Source: a virus. From it: DNA of 64,000 nt. Where the stretch lies: the IMG/VR virus record IMGVR_UViG_3300042448_001704, positions 24,776-88,775 of that record; one strand, 5' to 3'. Below are positions 49,863 through 59,589 of this stretch, one piece after another. The translations under genes and the position numbers were made by a program. The notes beneath the pieces were generated by a model. That model did no database searches. It was given only the letters and a program-made list of their open reading frames with translations, and was not told where the DNA came from. How positions within the stretch are numbered: position 1 is the stretch's first letter; each line of letters opens with the position of its first letter.

Positions 49863-50012
49863 TTACTTTTTGACTTTATGCCAAAGAGTTTGTGTTTCTT
49901 TAGCATTGCGCTCAAACGCTACGCCAAATACTCCGCCGGCTATCATGCCGCCGAAGAAAAACATCAATTGGATGACATCATTGGATAGGTGGATAGTTAC
50001 GTCTGCAATCAT
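49863..50012 (-). CDS. 49 aa single-TM protein (not in ORF track)
   Basis: MIADVTIHLSNDVIQLMFFFGGMIAGGVFGVAFER...; has its own promoter cassette and RBS. Confidence 0.6.
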   Translation of the reverse strand: MIADVTIHLSNDVIQLMFFFGGMIAGGVFGVAFERNAKETQTLWHKVKK

Positions 50013-50137
50013 TTCTGATTCCCTTTCTTTATATTACAAGCCTATCATATGGGTGTGTCATAGTCAAGGCTTCTTTATATAACAAGTATATATGAGGGGT
50101 GTATCGAGGTTAATCCCTGGCTATACTCCACCGTCAG

Positions 50138-50332
50138 ATGTATCAATGCGAAATTTGTGGGATTTCCCTACGTCCAAACGATCCAGGGATCGCGATCAAG
50201 ATCCTGGGCTGGTCGGCAGCTAAAAACGGGCGCGCCGGGTCAGTCCCGTTCAAGTATGAAGGGCCTCTGGGGTATGCCCACAAAATCTGCCTGGATACGA
50301 AAGAAGCCGGCGAAATGCCGACTCTTTTCTAA
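50138..50332 (+). CDS. Small Zn-finger-like protein
   Basis: CEIC...HKIC; ATG follows TATACT embedded in the 16-mer. Confidence 0.55.
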   Translation: MYQCEICGISLRPNDPGIAIKILGWSAAKNGRAGSVPFKYEGPLGYAHKICLDTKEAGEMPTLF

Positions 50333-50341
50333 GCGCGGTCT

Positions 50342-50851
50342 TTACAGACCGCCTATTGGATGTTTGTGCTTGTAGAACTCATGAGGTGGCTTTGAGATGC
50401 GGCCATCCGATAGCCACTTGATGTAAAGGTGGACAAACGTTGCCCTGAGATCCTTCGCTGTAACGCCCCACTCTTCCAGATTGGATGCGAAATAACCTGC
50501 ATCGAGGTCGCTGTGCATATTGGCAAGAGCTTCTGCGCCGTCCATGACTCCAATGCTGTAGTAGTTCTCCGTGAGGATCCCTTCAATGTCTTCCCATAGC
50601 TCGGAAGTCTGCTGATACTGGATCTGCTTCACAACCTTGTCTAAGACATCTGGATTGTTCGTGCTGGTTACTTCAACTACTGTTTTGCCAGAAATGTATG
50701 CAATATGGTAACCCATAAGGAACGTCCCACCCTGGGTGCCTTCTAGTCCGGTTTCGGTGACAATAACTGTGTCGTAAAGGTTGAGCGGTTTATCCAAAAC
50801 ATCCGACACGCGGAGAAGTTTTGATCCGTCTGGTAATGATGTCCAGGTCAT
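50342..50851 (-). CDS. Hypothetical protein
   Basis: Long ORF in early cluster. Confidence 0.6.
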   Translation of the reverse strand: MTWTSLPDGSKLLRVSDVLDKPLNLYDTVIVTETGLEGTQGGTFLMGYHIAYISGKTVVEVTSTNNPDVLDKVVKQIQYQQTSELWEDIEGILTENYYSIGVMDGAEALANMHSDLDAGYFASNLEEWGVTAKDLRATFVHLYIKWLSDGRISKPPHEFYKHKHPIGGL

Positions 50852-50922
50852 ATATTCTTCTTTCAATAAAAATAGGACCGGCCGTTTTGGCCGATCTGTA
50901 AGCATCCCCTTTCGGGGATTTA

Positions 50923-51213
50923 TTAGTAGTCGTTTCCGTGTTCGTCGCTGAACAATAGTTCTTTGAGCCGTATCGGAGAGTTGAAGTCTTCTTCTGCTAT
51001 GAGCTGAACGCGCTCCAGAACATCATCGAGAGTCAGTTCCAGGTCGTCGTCGTCGCCCACACGATTATCTTCGCGCAGTTGCTGAACAATTACATCCACA
51101 TCATAGGTGAACACCCGCATCACGTTGATGCGAGTGACTGCTTCACCTTCTTCAGTATTTAGTACCAACACGTTAGACCATCCGCATATTCTGCTGCCCA
51201 CTTGAGATACCAA
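50923..51213 (-). CDS. Acidic hypothetical protein (start uncertain)
   Basis: C-terminal FSDEHGNDY; follows upstream gene. Confidence 0.5.
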   Translation of the reverse strand: MVSQVGSRICGWSNVLVLNTEEGEAVTRINVMRVFTYDVDVIVQQLREDNRVGDDDDLELTLDDVLERVQLIAEEDFNSPIRLKELLFSDEHGNDY

Positions 51214-51653
51214 GATGCGTAACGCAAATCAGAAGAAATATCTTCTCCGTCTCCACGAATGACTCCGCCTTCGCTGAGTGTGTCGTCAATGAATTGAGCA
51301 ACACTAAGACAGGATGCTGGAGATTTCTCTGTTCCGTCTTCGTTATCTCCGTAGAAGGAGAACTCTTCTTCACCGAGCACTTCAAGTAGGTGATTGCCCC
51401 ACTTGCCTCGATACCAACAGTCTGTTCCGAACATTCCATAAACCGGATTACCGATTGAGGTTTGATCTTGCTTTTCTAGTTCGGTGGTGTATGGACATCC
51501 GCCGCACGCTTGTGTGGCCTGGCAGTCAATTCGGGTCATTACTGAACCGTCTTCTTCCAGGATTGGTTGGTTTTCATTATTCAGACGAGGAACCATTACG
51601 GCTGTACCCCTCGTCTTACACGGATAGTTGTGTGGGATGTTATCTAAACCCAT
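51159..51653 (-). CDS. Hypothetical protein (MGLD start, Cys-containing)
   Basis: AAGGAGTAAA RBS and promoter cassette. Confidence 0.75.
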   Translation of the reverse strand: MGLDNIPHNYPCKTRGTAVMVPRLNNENQPILEEDGSVMTRIDCQATQACGGCPYTTELEKQDQTSIGNPVYGMFGTDCWYRGKWGNHLLEVLGEEEFSFYGDNEDGTEKSPASCLSVAQFIDDTLSEGGVIRGDGEDISSDLRYASWYLKWAAEYADGLTCWY

Positions 51654-51742
51654 TTTTACTCCTTTAGTAAATTGTATATTACAAGCACATTATACCAATA
51701 GGGTGTGTCAAGGTTTCCCCCAACACACCCAATAACTAACGT

Positions 51743-52300
51743 TTATAGGTATTTTTCTACAGACTCAACCTGGTGGTTGTCTAGCCAGTCATTTACTGCC
51801 TGGCCGATTGACTCCATCCATTCGTCGTCTTGTTCTTCAGTAGAGTCAGAACCTGGATGTTTGGCAAGTGAGTCAAAGTCGGTTTCCGCTTCGTAGACCA
51901 TCTCGCCGTTCTCAAACGCGTTTACGCCTGCGAACCCCATGCCGCCTTCTTCGTACGCAATCGAGAAGATTGCCTGCGGATAGAGCTTTGAGATCCGAGC
52001 GATACCCTGAAGTGGTGGACCCCAGGGAGACTGGAAACTATAAGACTTATCTGACAGATAACCGTCAGAGTCTGGCCATTTAGTTCCCCACAATTCATAA
52101 ACCGCGTTCATACCGCCATTTGCAAAAACGGATGTTGATGTTCCGTCTGCATGAGTCATTGTTTCGTAAAACTCTGGTGATGATGGAACCAACGTTTCAA
52201 GAACTGTTTTTTCCTGCTCCACGATTTCGGCCACTTTTCTGATGAACTCATCAGAGTCCGGACCTTCTACGACTAAATAATTACTGCACCAATTTGGCAT
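51743..52300 (-). CDS. DUF1281/YubB ferredoxin-like protein
   Basis: MPNWCSN, WGTKW, F.SPWGPP, YEEGG..FAG. Confidence 0.8.
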   Translation of the reverse strand: MPNWCSNYLVVEGPDSDEFIRKVAEIVEQEKTVLETLVPSSPEFYETMTHADGTSTSVFANGGMNAVYELWGTKWPDSDGYLSDKSYSFQSPWGPPLQGIARISKLYPQAIFSIAYEEGGMGFAGVNAFENGEMVYEAETDFDSLAKHPGSDSTEEQDDEWMESIGQAVNDWLDNHQVESVEKYL

Positions 52301-52335
52301 AGTGTTTCTCCTTTCAAGAAATAAGCCTGATAGGG

Positions 52336-52737
52336 CTAGGCGACTTTCGTCGCTTTCGCCTTTTCAGTTGTGGCTGCTACTGCAAGATCAGTAACTCGGA
52401 TTTGCTCGTATGGAGTAACCTTTGTAACTGCTTCTGCAACATCAGACTTGATGTCACCGACGGTAACGAGAGCCTTGAACTTCGCTCCGTCAATGACAGA
52501 CTTGGTTGCTTTCTCAAATACTTCTGGAGCAACGAGAGTCTCAAGAACTGCGACATCATATGATGGACGCTCGCCGTAGACGACTGCGACTTTCACATTA
52601 TTGAAAATCGCAAAGTCACTTCCTGATCGTGCAAGTGCTTCCTTGAGCATTGCTTCGGCTTGTTCTTTGGCCGCCTGGGCGATTTCAAGAGCCTCGCGTG
52701 CTTCAAGATATGTTTTGGTAATTGCTGTTGGTATCAT
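52336..52737 (-). CDS. Hypothetical protein (N-terminal coiled coil)
   Basis: AAAGGA RBS and promoter cassette. Confidence 0.7.
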   Translation of the reverse strand: MIPTAITKTYLEAREALEIAQAAKEQAEAMLKEALARSGSDFAIFNNVKVAVVYGERPSYDVAVLETLVAPEVFEKATKSVIDGAKFKALVTVGDIKSDVAEAVTKVTPYEQIRVTDLAVAATTEKAKATKVA

Positions 52738-52795
52738 TTTTCTTCCTTTTTGTTGTGAACTGATAATGTAAGTATAACGTGGGGGTGTATCAAGG

Positions 52796-53170
52796 TTATT
52801 CCTCGCCCTCGTCGTCGTCCTCATCTTCTTCTTCGTCTTCCCCGAATGGAGTTGCGCATTGGCTGATGAGACTGACAAATCCGGCGTTCGGATCGTTCTC
52901 GTTGTGCCAGACGGCCGAGATGAACCTAAGAGGGCAGGAGCCGTCCCACCAGTCCGAGAGGTGATCGAGCATCTCTACCGAGCCGCTCTCTACAATCCTA
53001 AAAGATGAGGAACGAAACCATGCTGCTTCTTTCTCATCCATTGCTAGATAGATTTTGTGGCAATCGTCAAATGCGACCAGAACTGCATCCTGGATGTATT
53101 CGTCAATAGCTACCCACCCATCATGGATGCTGTCGCTGTTGTGATCGGAGTATTGGAGTTGAGTCTTCAT
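52796..53170 (-). CDS. Hypothetical protein with acidic tail
   Basis: AFDDCHKIYL, SCPLRFI; promoter cassette. Confidence 0.7.
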   Translation of the reverse strand: MKTQLQYSDHNSDSIHDGWVAIDEYIQDAVLVAFDDCHKIYLAMDEKEAAWFRSSSFRIVESGSVEMLDHLSDWWDGSCPLRFISAVWHNENDPNAGFVSLISQCATPFGEDEEEDEDDDEGEE

Positions 53171-53256
53171 AATAATTTTTCCTTTGTGTGAAGTGATAAG
53201 CGAAGTATAACGTCGGGGTGTATCAAGGTTTCCCCTGACACACCCGACTCGGCCGA

Positions 53257-53577
53257 CTAGAGGTCGTCCCCACAAGAGGGACAACCGCCAACTGCGTAGA
53301 GTTCCTTGCAGTCGTAGCAACCATGTGGATGCTCGGCGTACCAGTCATCCTCGTCAAGATCCTCTGTCTCGGTGTCACAGGACACCCAGGACATTGTGAC
53401 CCTAAGAAGGTTGTCATAGTCACCAGAAGTGGCTTCCGTGTTATATGCGGTGATCTCGTCGTTGCTGACGCCGGCTTTTCGCATTGCGCGAGCTGCACGA
53501 GCGAGGATTGAGAAGGCATTGCCATCTTCACCTACGAGCGCAATCTGAACGTTGGGGTATCGGGTTGTAGTAATCAT
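53257..53577 (-). CDS. Conserved phage hypothetical protein with C-terminal Cys cluster
   Basis: LVGEDGNAFSIL...SGDYDNLL; CYDC...CPSC. Confidence 0.75.
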   Translation of the reverse strand: MITTTRYPNVQIALVGEDGNAFSILARAARAMRKAGVSNDEITAYNTEATSGDYDNLLRVTMSWVSCDTETEDLDEDDWYAEHPHGCYDCKELYAVGGCPSCGDDL

Positions 53578-53679
53578 TGTTCTCCTTTTAGTAAATGTTA
53601 CAAGGTTAGTATATCACAGGGGTGTGTCAAGGTCAAATGAGACTTGACTGTGATACACCCATAGTGTAAGATAGTAGAT

Positions 53680-53916
53680 ATGGAAACATTACTAGACAAA
53701 AGCATGAGCATGAGAGAAAGCATAGCTCTGCTCAAAAACGTGGAACAAAGGCCGCAAAGTCGGTTCCGTCTGGGATCACCCTGTCGTTTCATTAGACAAC
53801 TGGACATCCTGGTTCACGTGATCACGCCAGAACTAGTAGAAGATTTCTTCCCGCAACTCTGTGGATATCTCCGAAGCACATCCCCGCGATGGGGAAGATC
53901 CTGGAGAGATTGGTAG
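53680..53916 (+). CDS. Hypothetical protein
   Basis: Leaderless-type start 7 nt after the -10 of a promoter cassette. Confidence 0.45.
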   Translation: METLLDKSMSMRESIALLKNVEQRPQSRFRLGSPCRFIRQLDILVHVITPELVEDFFPQLCGYLRSTSPRWGRSWRDW

Positions 53917-54207
53917 CGGCTATCCGCCACCGTCGCGAATAGTAAAAAACCGGACTCGCCGGCTTGGCCCCGGATCAGCTCCCTCGGATCAACCCTGGCA
54001 GTCCCGCCGCAGGCGAACAAACGAACGTACGTTCGGGACTCCCGAAGGGCTATTGCTCGATCGGTTTGCTGCACCAATCACACGTGCGACCTGGCCGATA
54101 ATCCGGATCGGTATTTTTTAGCTCACGCGGATCGATCACCTGGTGACTTCCGTGATTATTGCAATAAAGATACCTTCCGTCGCGCCATCCAATAACTTTT
54201 TCTTCCA

Positions 54208-54429
54208 TTAGAAAATCTCCCCAGGATCGTGAGAATCAACACTTTTTAGTGAATCTGCCTGATCGGAGCCGGCGAGCTGTATGAACTCGCTAAAATCTTC
54301 GGTGCTCCAGTCAGAAATGTCGTACACCAAACAGTCACGATCAACCGGAAAAAACGCAGGGATCTCCGGTTCGGTGACTTCGTTATAGACATACATGCTG
54401 TAAGTACGGTAGTTGTAAATCAGTCTCAT
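54208..54429 (-). CDS. Hypothetical protein
   Basis: TAATG coupling with upstream gene. Confidence 0.55.
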   Translation of the reverse strand: MRLIYNYRTYSMYVYNEVTEPEIPAFFPVDRDCLVYDISDWSTEDFSEFIQLAGSDQADSLKSVDSHDPGEIF

Positions 54430-54875
54430 TACACATTCACGGTCTGAACATAGGAGATCGCACTATCAACGGCTTCGTAAATGTCAAATGTTTGACAATC
54501 GAGACAACCTGCGCGCCCAGGCTCAAATGAGGGATGAGCTGAATACAGATCAAAGTAGGGCTGCACGAGCCAATCAACTCTGTTTTCCAACAAAGTTGCA
54601 TCTTGTAGATCCAAGTCATTGTTGATTCCAACGGATTCCCATTCTTTACTGGTGGTAACGCGCCCCAACCAATTTGGTCGGGTGCTTGCTTTGTTGAGAA
54701 ATGATGCGTTGTCTTTATATACGTCAATGCGCATATCGCCGTCGCATGAAACCCATACGGTGCGAACACCATCAGATACGGTAACGAGTGGATTGATCGT
54801 GGACGGAATGAACCATTCTGGTCCAGCTCTGCCTGGGGTCACTTCTGTGTGCCAGGTGATTGTAAGTTCTGTCAT
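54429..54875 (-). CDS. Hypothetical protein
   Basis: AAAGGA RBS; CDGDMRI. Confidence 0.65.
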   Translation of the reverse strand: MTELTITWHTEVTPGRAGPEWFIPSTINPLVTVSDGVRTVWVSCDGDMRIDVYKDNASFLNKASTRPNWLGRVTTSKEWESVGINNDLDLQDATLLENRVDWLVQPYFDLYSAHPSFEPGRAGCLDCQTFDIYEAVDSAISYVQTVNV

Positions 54876-54907
54876 TTTATTCCTTTCATAGAATTACAGA
54901 TAAGCAA

Positions 54908-54938
54908 ATAGGGGAAGAGCCTAAACCCTTCCCCATAT
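54908..54938 (-). terminator. Intrinsic terminator-like hairpin
   Basis: GGGGAAG...CTTCCCC stem followed by T-rich run on minus strand. Confidence 0.55.
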
Positions 54939-54940
54939 TC

Positions 54941-55099
54941 TTAGCGTTCCCAACGGAAACTTTTACACGCCTCACGGCTTTCCTGCTTGCGCAGGTCACC
55001 GAAATTTTGCGCACGGCGGCGACAGCCGTCAGCGAAACCCTGTCTTTCAGAGTCATCCCAACGGTTGAGCTGTTTTTTGTGCTTTGCTTGCTTTGCCAT
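54941..55099 (-). CDS. 52 aa basic protein (not in ORF track)
   Basis: MAKQAKHKKQLNRWDDSERQ...FRWER*; full promoter and RBS cassette. Confidence 0.7.
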   Translation of the reverse strand: MAKQAKHKKQLNRWDDSERQGFADGCRRRAQNFGDLRKQESREACKSFRWER

Positions 55100-55177
55100 T
55101 TTTACTCCTTCAGTAAATCTTACAAGGTCAGTATATCAGGGGGGTGTGCCAGGGTTTCCCCTGGCAACGTTCCCCAG

Positions 55178-55627
55178 TTATTTTTTGAGTGCCTTCGGCC
55201 GGTCCTGCGGATTGAGCAGATCGGTGAAGTTCCCATCAGAGCAAAGATGCGTTGTCTGACGCATCAAGGCACTCCAAGTGGTTGCCGTTACATGGAACTG
55301 CTGGCTGCACTTCGTACAAGTTGTCTTGTAAAAAGTGATTGCCTGATCTTTGCGGATTGGTGTCTGACCTGCATCTGCCGATTGGTAGATGGTCATAGCC
55401 TTTTCGCATTGAGGGCAATAGACGAGCGTGGTTGCGTATTCGCGCTTATTCCATGTTGCAACTGTCTTTAGTGACAGTTTCACGGCTCCACACTTTGTGC
55501 ATGGATCGTGAGGGCGATTCTTTGTTTCACCCGAAATGTTGAATTGAAATAGTTCATTCAACAAGCCAAACGGAATGTCTTTTTTCTGAGCCTGGTTGAG
55601 GACGTGGTGGGTAGGGCGTAGTGACAT
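55178..55627 (-). CDS. Zn-ribbon protein
   Basis: CTKC, CPQC, CTKC; cassette upstream. Confidence 0.7.
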   Translation of the reverse strand: MSLRPTHHVLNQAQKKDIPFGLLNELFQFNISGETKNRPHDPCTKCGAVKLSLKTVATWNKREYATTLVYCPQCEKAMTIYQSADAGQTPIRKDQAITFYKTTCTKCSQQFHVTATTWSALMRQTTHLCSDGNFTDLLNPQDRPKALKK

Positions 55628-55708
55628 TTGGTTTACTCCTTTAGTAAATGTTACAAGTGTATTATATCAAGCGGGTGTGCCGGGGTTTCCCCCGACACTT
55701 CAATGAGA

Positions 55709-55939
55709 TTAGATATGGTTTAGCTGTACGACTTCTCCAAATCCAGGTCCGTTTCCTTCGGGATCCTGCATCAGGACGATTCCGTCTCCGTTGTCTAGAA
55801 CCAGTACGGTTGTCTCATCTTCGTCGCAGTACCAATCAAAGGCTTCTTTGATGTCCTGAGCCGTCAGATAGACGACCTTGACGATTTTGCGACCAGCGAG
55901 CTGCTCGTGTAGATAGTGGGTTTTTGTTGCTGTTGGCAT
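55709..55939 (-). CDS. Conserved phage hypothetical protein
   Basis: L.GRKI..V...QDPEGNGPG; cassette upstream. Confidence 0.75.
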   Translation of the reverse strand: MPTATKTHYLHEQLAGRKIVKVVYLTAQDIKEAFDWYCDEDETTVLVLDNGDGIVLMQDPEGNGPGFGEVVQLNHI

Positions 55940-56037
55940 TTTTACTCCTTTAGTAAATATTACAAGATTAGTATATCACGTGGGTGTGTCATAGTCAAGC
56001 CCCCCCCACCCGTGAGGGCAGGGGGTAGTGAGTTGTA

Positions 56038-56460
56038 TTAGCGAACTCTGTTTTCCCACATTTGCTCTACTGCTAGAGCCAATGAACCAGACGCGTTGCC
56101 GTAATCTTCCACGATTTCAACTCCATCAGGTCGGGTGATCTCCAGGATTGAGGCTTTACCCTCATCATTTATGACATAGACCATATGGACGCGTACACGA
56201 TCAGGGTGCTCGCTTGGGGGTACATCCCCAATTTCGTTGTCTGGGTTGAGTGGGGCTGCCCATCCAACCGTCTCAACCCCGACTGCAATAGCAGAGGGTG
56301 GGATGACTGCGCTGTCTAGAGCTTGATAGATATCCGCATTGAGTGAGATAGTTTTTATGCTTCCACCATCAAACATGGCAAAGACGCCGGCTTTGGATCG
56401 GTCTAAACCATCTAGGAAATCTAGTAATTCGCGTGCATGGATAATAGTTGGGGTATTCAT
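56038..56460 (-). CDS. Hypothetical protein
   Basis: GWAAP...PPSEHPDRVRV...GSLA. Confidence 0.7.
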   Translation of the reverse strand: MNTPTIIHARELLDFLDGLDRSKAGVFAMFDGGSIKTISLNADIYQALDSAVIPPSAIAVGVETVGWAAPLNPDNEIGDVPPSEHPDRVRVHMVYVINDEGKASILEITRPDGVEIVEDYGNASGSLALAVEQMWENRVR

Positions 56461-56555
56461 GTTATTCCTTTCAAGAATATAAGTATCGGTGATCCGATAT
56501 AACAAGCAGTATATAGGAAGGGTGTGTCGGGGTTTCCCCCGACGTTCCCAACTGA

Positions 56556-56975
56556 CTAATCCTGGATGCTGAAAGACTGGACAACCTTGCGCTGACGGTG
56601 AGTACCGCCCTCGATGGTTTCTGCCCACATTTCGTTATCTTCTCCACGCATGATCCAAGTGATTGAATCGGTAGATACGGAACCAATGGCATCCCATACT
56701 TCATCCCAACACATTCCGATCTTGTCGCCGCCCCAGTCATTTAGGACAACGTTGGAATCTTTGAGTTCGGTGAGGAACCCGTAGTCATCCATGATCGTTT
56801 TTACAACGACTGACAAATTAGCTTCTACTAATATGTATTCGTCAATGGTGTTGCACCATGAGATATGACCAATCTTTGACTCTGCTTTACGCAGACCCTC
56901 AATCAGTCGTGGCATGTCTTTGGCTGCGAGTGTGATCTCGCTTGACATTTGTTCGGTATCGGCACAGTAGCCCAT
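56556..56975 (-). CDS. Hypothetical protein
   Basis: MGY start, GEDNEMW; cassette upstream. Confidence 0.7.
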   Translation of the reverse strand: MGYCADTEQMSSEITLAAKDMPRLIEGLRKAESKIGHISWCNTIDEYILVEANLSVVVKTIMDDYGFLTELKDSNVVLNDWGGDKIGMCWDEVWDAIGSVSTDSITWIMRGEDNEMWAETIEGGTHRQRKVVQSFSIQD

Positions 56976-57335
56976 ATTGTTTTACTCCTTATAGTAAATG
57001 TTACAAGCGCAGTATATCAGAGGGGTGTGTCAAGGTCAAGCCAGGGTACAGCTGATCGAGGGGGTGTGTCAGGGTTTCCCAGGTGCGCGATCCAAAAAGT
57101 AGCTTTTTGTGACGTTTTCCCGGAAGCCGGGTATTTTTGCCGGCTATCCGCCACCGTGAACTGTTCTGAAACACATTTCCGATCCTGGGGAGTCCCGCTG
57201 GTGAGCGGCTGAAGCGCGCCGGAAATCACGTTGCCGCGCCGGGTCGGGACTGCCGGGCCGATCGGAAGCTGCCGATTTGACAAGACGTTATATTTCTGAT
57301 ACACTCAGGATCTATATTTTATCTAAGGAGTAAAA

Positions 57336-57797
57336 ATGCCGGAATTAGCAATTTTATCTGATGCCCAGGAACATGAGTTTGTTTCTTTTCTTCAGAACAA
57401 CAAGAGTAAGAGCTCTTTTTACGCGGACCTACTAAGCAAGTACAACAAGTTTGGTGGACTGACTCAAGGTCAGTGGGATGCCGTAGAAAAGTCAATCCCC
57501 CGTGAACAAGCGGCCGACCTTCGTGCCTTGCGATTAGCAAAGAGCGGAGCGGTGATCGTTGAAGGTATCCACGAGATTACGGGAACCGTACTATCCCTGA
57601 AGGCTCACGATAGTCGTGGACTGGTGTTCACGATCGAGACTGATGAGGAACTACGACTGTGGGGAACCGTACCCGCCGATATGCGGGAAGATATCAAGGT
57701 GGGCAGCAAAGTTACTTTTGTTGCGGAGATCCTAAGTTCTAAACCTGACCCAACTTTTGGGTTCTTCAAGAAACCCCGTGCAGGAATGATCCTGTAA
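57336..57797 (+). CDS. Hypothetical protein with OB-fold-like C-terminus
   Basis: F..DL......G.LT.GQ; ITGTV...WGTVP...VTF.A...FGFFKKP. Confidence 0.7.
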   Translation: MPELAILSDAQEHEFVSFLQNNKSKSSFYADLLSKYNKFGGLTQGQWDAVEKSIPREQAADLRALRLAKSGAVIVEGIHEITGTVLSLKAHDSRGLVFTIETDEELRLWGTVPADMREDIKVGSKVTFVAEILSSKPDPTFGFFKKPRAGMIL

Positions 57798-57816
57798 GGA
57801 CCGGCCACGATAAAGC

Positions 57817-57853
57817 AAAAAGCCCCCCACCCGTGAAGGTGAGGGGCTTTTTT
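57817..57853. terminator. Bidirectional intrinsic terminator
   Basis: AAAAGCCCC...GGGGCTTTTTT between convergent genes. Confidence 0.8.
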
Positions 57854-57858
57854 GTGGA

Positions 57859-58083
57859 TTAGGCGAACTGGGGAGCGCGCATTGTTAGATCAACGCTCAC
57901 AGTTCTAATCTGAACCTCATGAAAATACTTTCGGTAGGTCATTGCTTTTGACTGTGCCTGACGTTCTGCTAGAGCGCCCGTGAAGATTACCCATTCTGTC
58001 GGGTGGAGTGCGAAGTCCCCCTTGAAAATAGGATCTTTATGATCGAGCGGCAGGTGGGCGAGAACAATGTAACTATTCGTCAT
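57859..58083 (-). CDS. Hypothetical protein
   Basis: Coupled to upstream gene. Confidence 0.55.
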   Translation of the reverse strand: MTNSYIVLAHLPLDHKDPIFKGDFALHPTEWVIFTGALAERQAQSKAMTYRKYFHEVQIRTVSVDLTMRAPQFA

Positions 58084-58427
58084 TATTGCTCCCACGCCAT
58101 TTCTATCATCTCATCCCATTCGGTGATGAGTGCCGTGTCATTGGTTTCCATTGTGATGTCAAAACGAATGTCACCGTCGCAGGCGTACCATTCTGTCGGA
58201 TGAGTTGCTAACCATTCGGTTAGTTCATACTGTGACTGGTACGAGCGAACGATAGTCATTAGTTCGGCAAGGCATTGAGCTGAGGCGTATGCGTAATCTT
58301 CTTGATCACCGCTACCTGCATCCCAAGGGAACATTCCGGCGACACGAGCTGCTGCCAGCTCTACGATTGTCTGAAGATCAACTTTCTGAACGATTTGTTC
58401 TGCTAGTTCTTTTTGGCTCCGTGCCAT
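58083..58427 (-). CDS. Hypothetical protein
   Basis: Promoter cassette at 58471; AAAGGGG RBS. Confidence 0.65.
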   Translation of the reverse strand: MARSQKELAEQIVQKVDLQTIVELAAARVAGMFPWDAGSGDQEDYAYASAQCLAELMTIVRSYQSQYELTEWLATHPTEWYACDGDIRFDITMETNDTALITEWDEMIEMAWEQ

Positions 58428-58520
58428 TGTTGGTACCCCTTTCAGTTGGTATATAACAAGTGTATCATATGGGTGTGTCAGGGTCAACGTTATGTGCGCG
58501 GCCGGCCCCAGGACGCCCAA

Positions 58521-58559
58521 AAGCCCCTCAACCTGTCATGTCTGAGGGTTGAGGGGCTT
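58521..58559 (-). terminator. Terminator hairpin
   Basis: AAGCCCCTCAACC ... GGTTGAGGGGCTT. Confidence 0.7.
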
Positions 58560-58571
58560 AGGTAGTTTGGG

Positions 58572-58781
58572 CTAGTTAGACGAGTCTACGAGCCACTCTG
58601 AGTTGATGTCACGAGCGACACACTCGGTACCGATAAAGGAACCGAACATGAGGGTCTCACGACAGTCAAGAAGGGCTACGACATACCCAAGGTCTGCCAT
58701 GACCGATCGCTGATCGGTGAGCCTGATGAGCTTTGCACCTGAGTAGGGGTGACCTTTGGGGACTTGAAGTGTAATGGACAT
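58572..58781 (-). CDS. Hypothetical protein
   Basis: AAAGGAG RBS. Confidence 0.6.
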   Translation of the reverse strand: MSITLQVPKGHPYSGAKLIRLTDQRSVMADLGYVVALLDCRETLMFGSFIGTECVARDINSEWLVDSSN

Positions 58782-59034
58782 TGTTTCTCCTTTATTGAAA
58801 CGTCGCGACCAGTGCGGAAGCGATATAGGTACTTTATCAAAAGGGTGTATCAGGGTTTCCCCCGACACACCCCGTCTAGTTAGTGGAGCTGCCCCTTCGG
58901 ATCGGAAGGACATACAACTCCGTGGATGTATAAAAGCATTATAGCAAAAGGGTGTATCAAGGTTTCTAGGGGATCAACCCTGGCACACCCCCCTGATATA
59001 CTGTGCATATAAGATTTAGTGAAAGGAACTAAAC

Positions 59035-59235
59035 ATGGCAACATCAACAAAAAAGGGAGATCGAGTACGTCTCGTCTCAACAAGTGACAGCGGAACTCGC
59101 CTCAAGTCAGGCGACGAAGGCGTAGTCATGTCAGCGAGAATTGACCCTTGGGGTGACTTCACAATCAGCGTCAAGTGGGATAGTGGCTCAAGCCTCTCGC
59201 TCATCAGTGGCGAAGATTACTGGCAAGTAATCTAA
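59035..59235 (+). CDS. DUF4314-like SH3-fold protein
   Basis: GDRVRLV...GDEGVV...D...VKWDSGSSLSLI...D. Confidence 0.8.
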   Translation: MATSTKKGDRVRLVSTSDSGTRLKSGDEGVVMSARIDPWGDFTISVKWDSGSSLSLISGEDYWQVI

Positions 59236-59241
59236 AGACAC

Positions 59242-59276
59242 AAAAACCCTCACTCATCACGAGTGGGGGTTTTTTT
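59242..59276 (+). terminator. Intrinsic terminator
   Basis: AAAACCCTCACTC...GAGTGGGGGTTTTTTT. Confidence 0.8.
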
Positions 59277-59589
59277 ACGCGATTCGGGACTCCCGGGCCA
59301 GGACGTGAGACAAAAAGACAAAAGCTGTCTCGATGTCGCCGCTATACGCCACCGTCGTAAGTTCTTATTTTTTTCTGGTTTTCCCGGCTTTTCGGGACTT
59401 CGCCAGGCAGCGCGCTGCGCGCAGCTCCAGATCAGCCGCTCTGGGAGTCCCGACTTTCGGGCAGCTCAGCTGCAGCTTGATCCCCGATCCCAGGCAGCGC
59501 GATCCCAGGAAAGCCGTAGATCAGGAACTTTCAACATTGGCACACCCTTATGATAGAACATACTTGTAATATTTACTGAAGGAGTAAAC

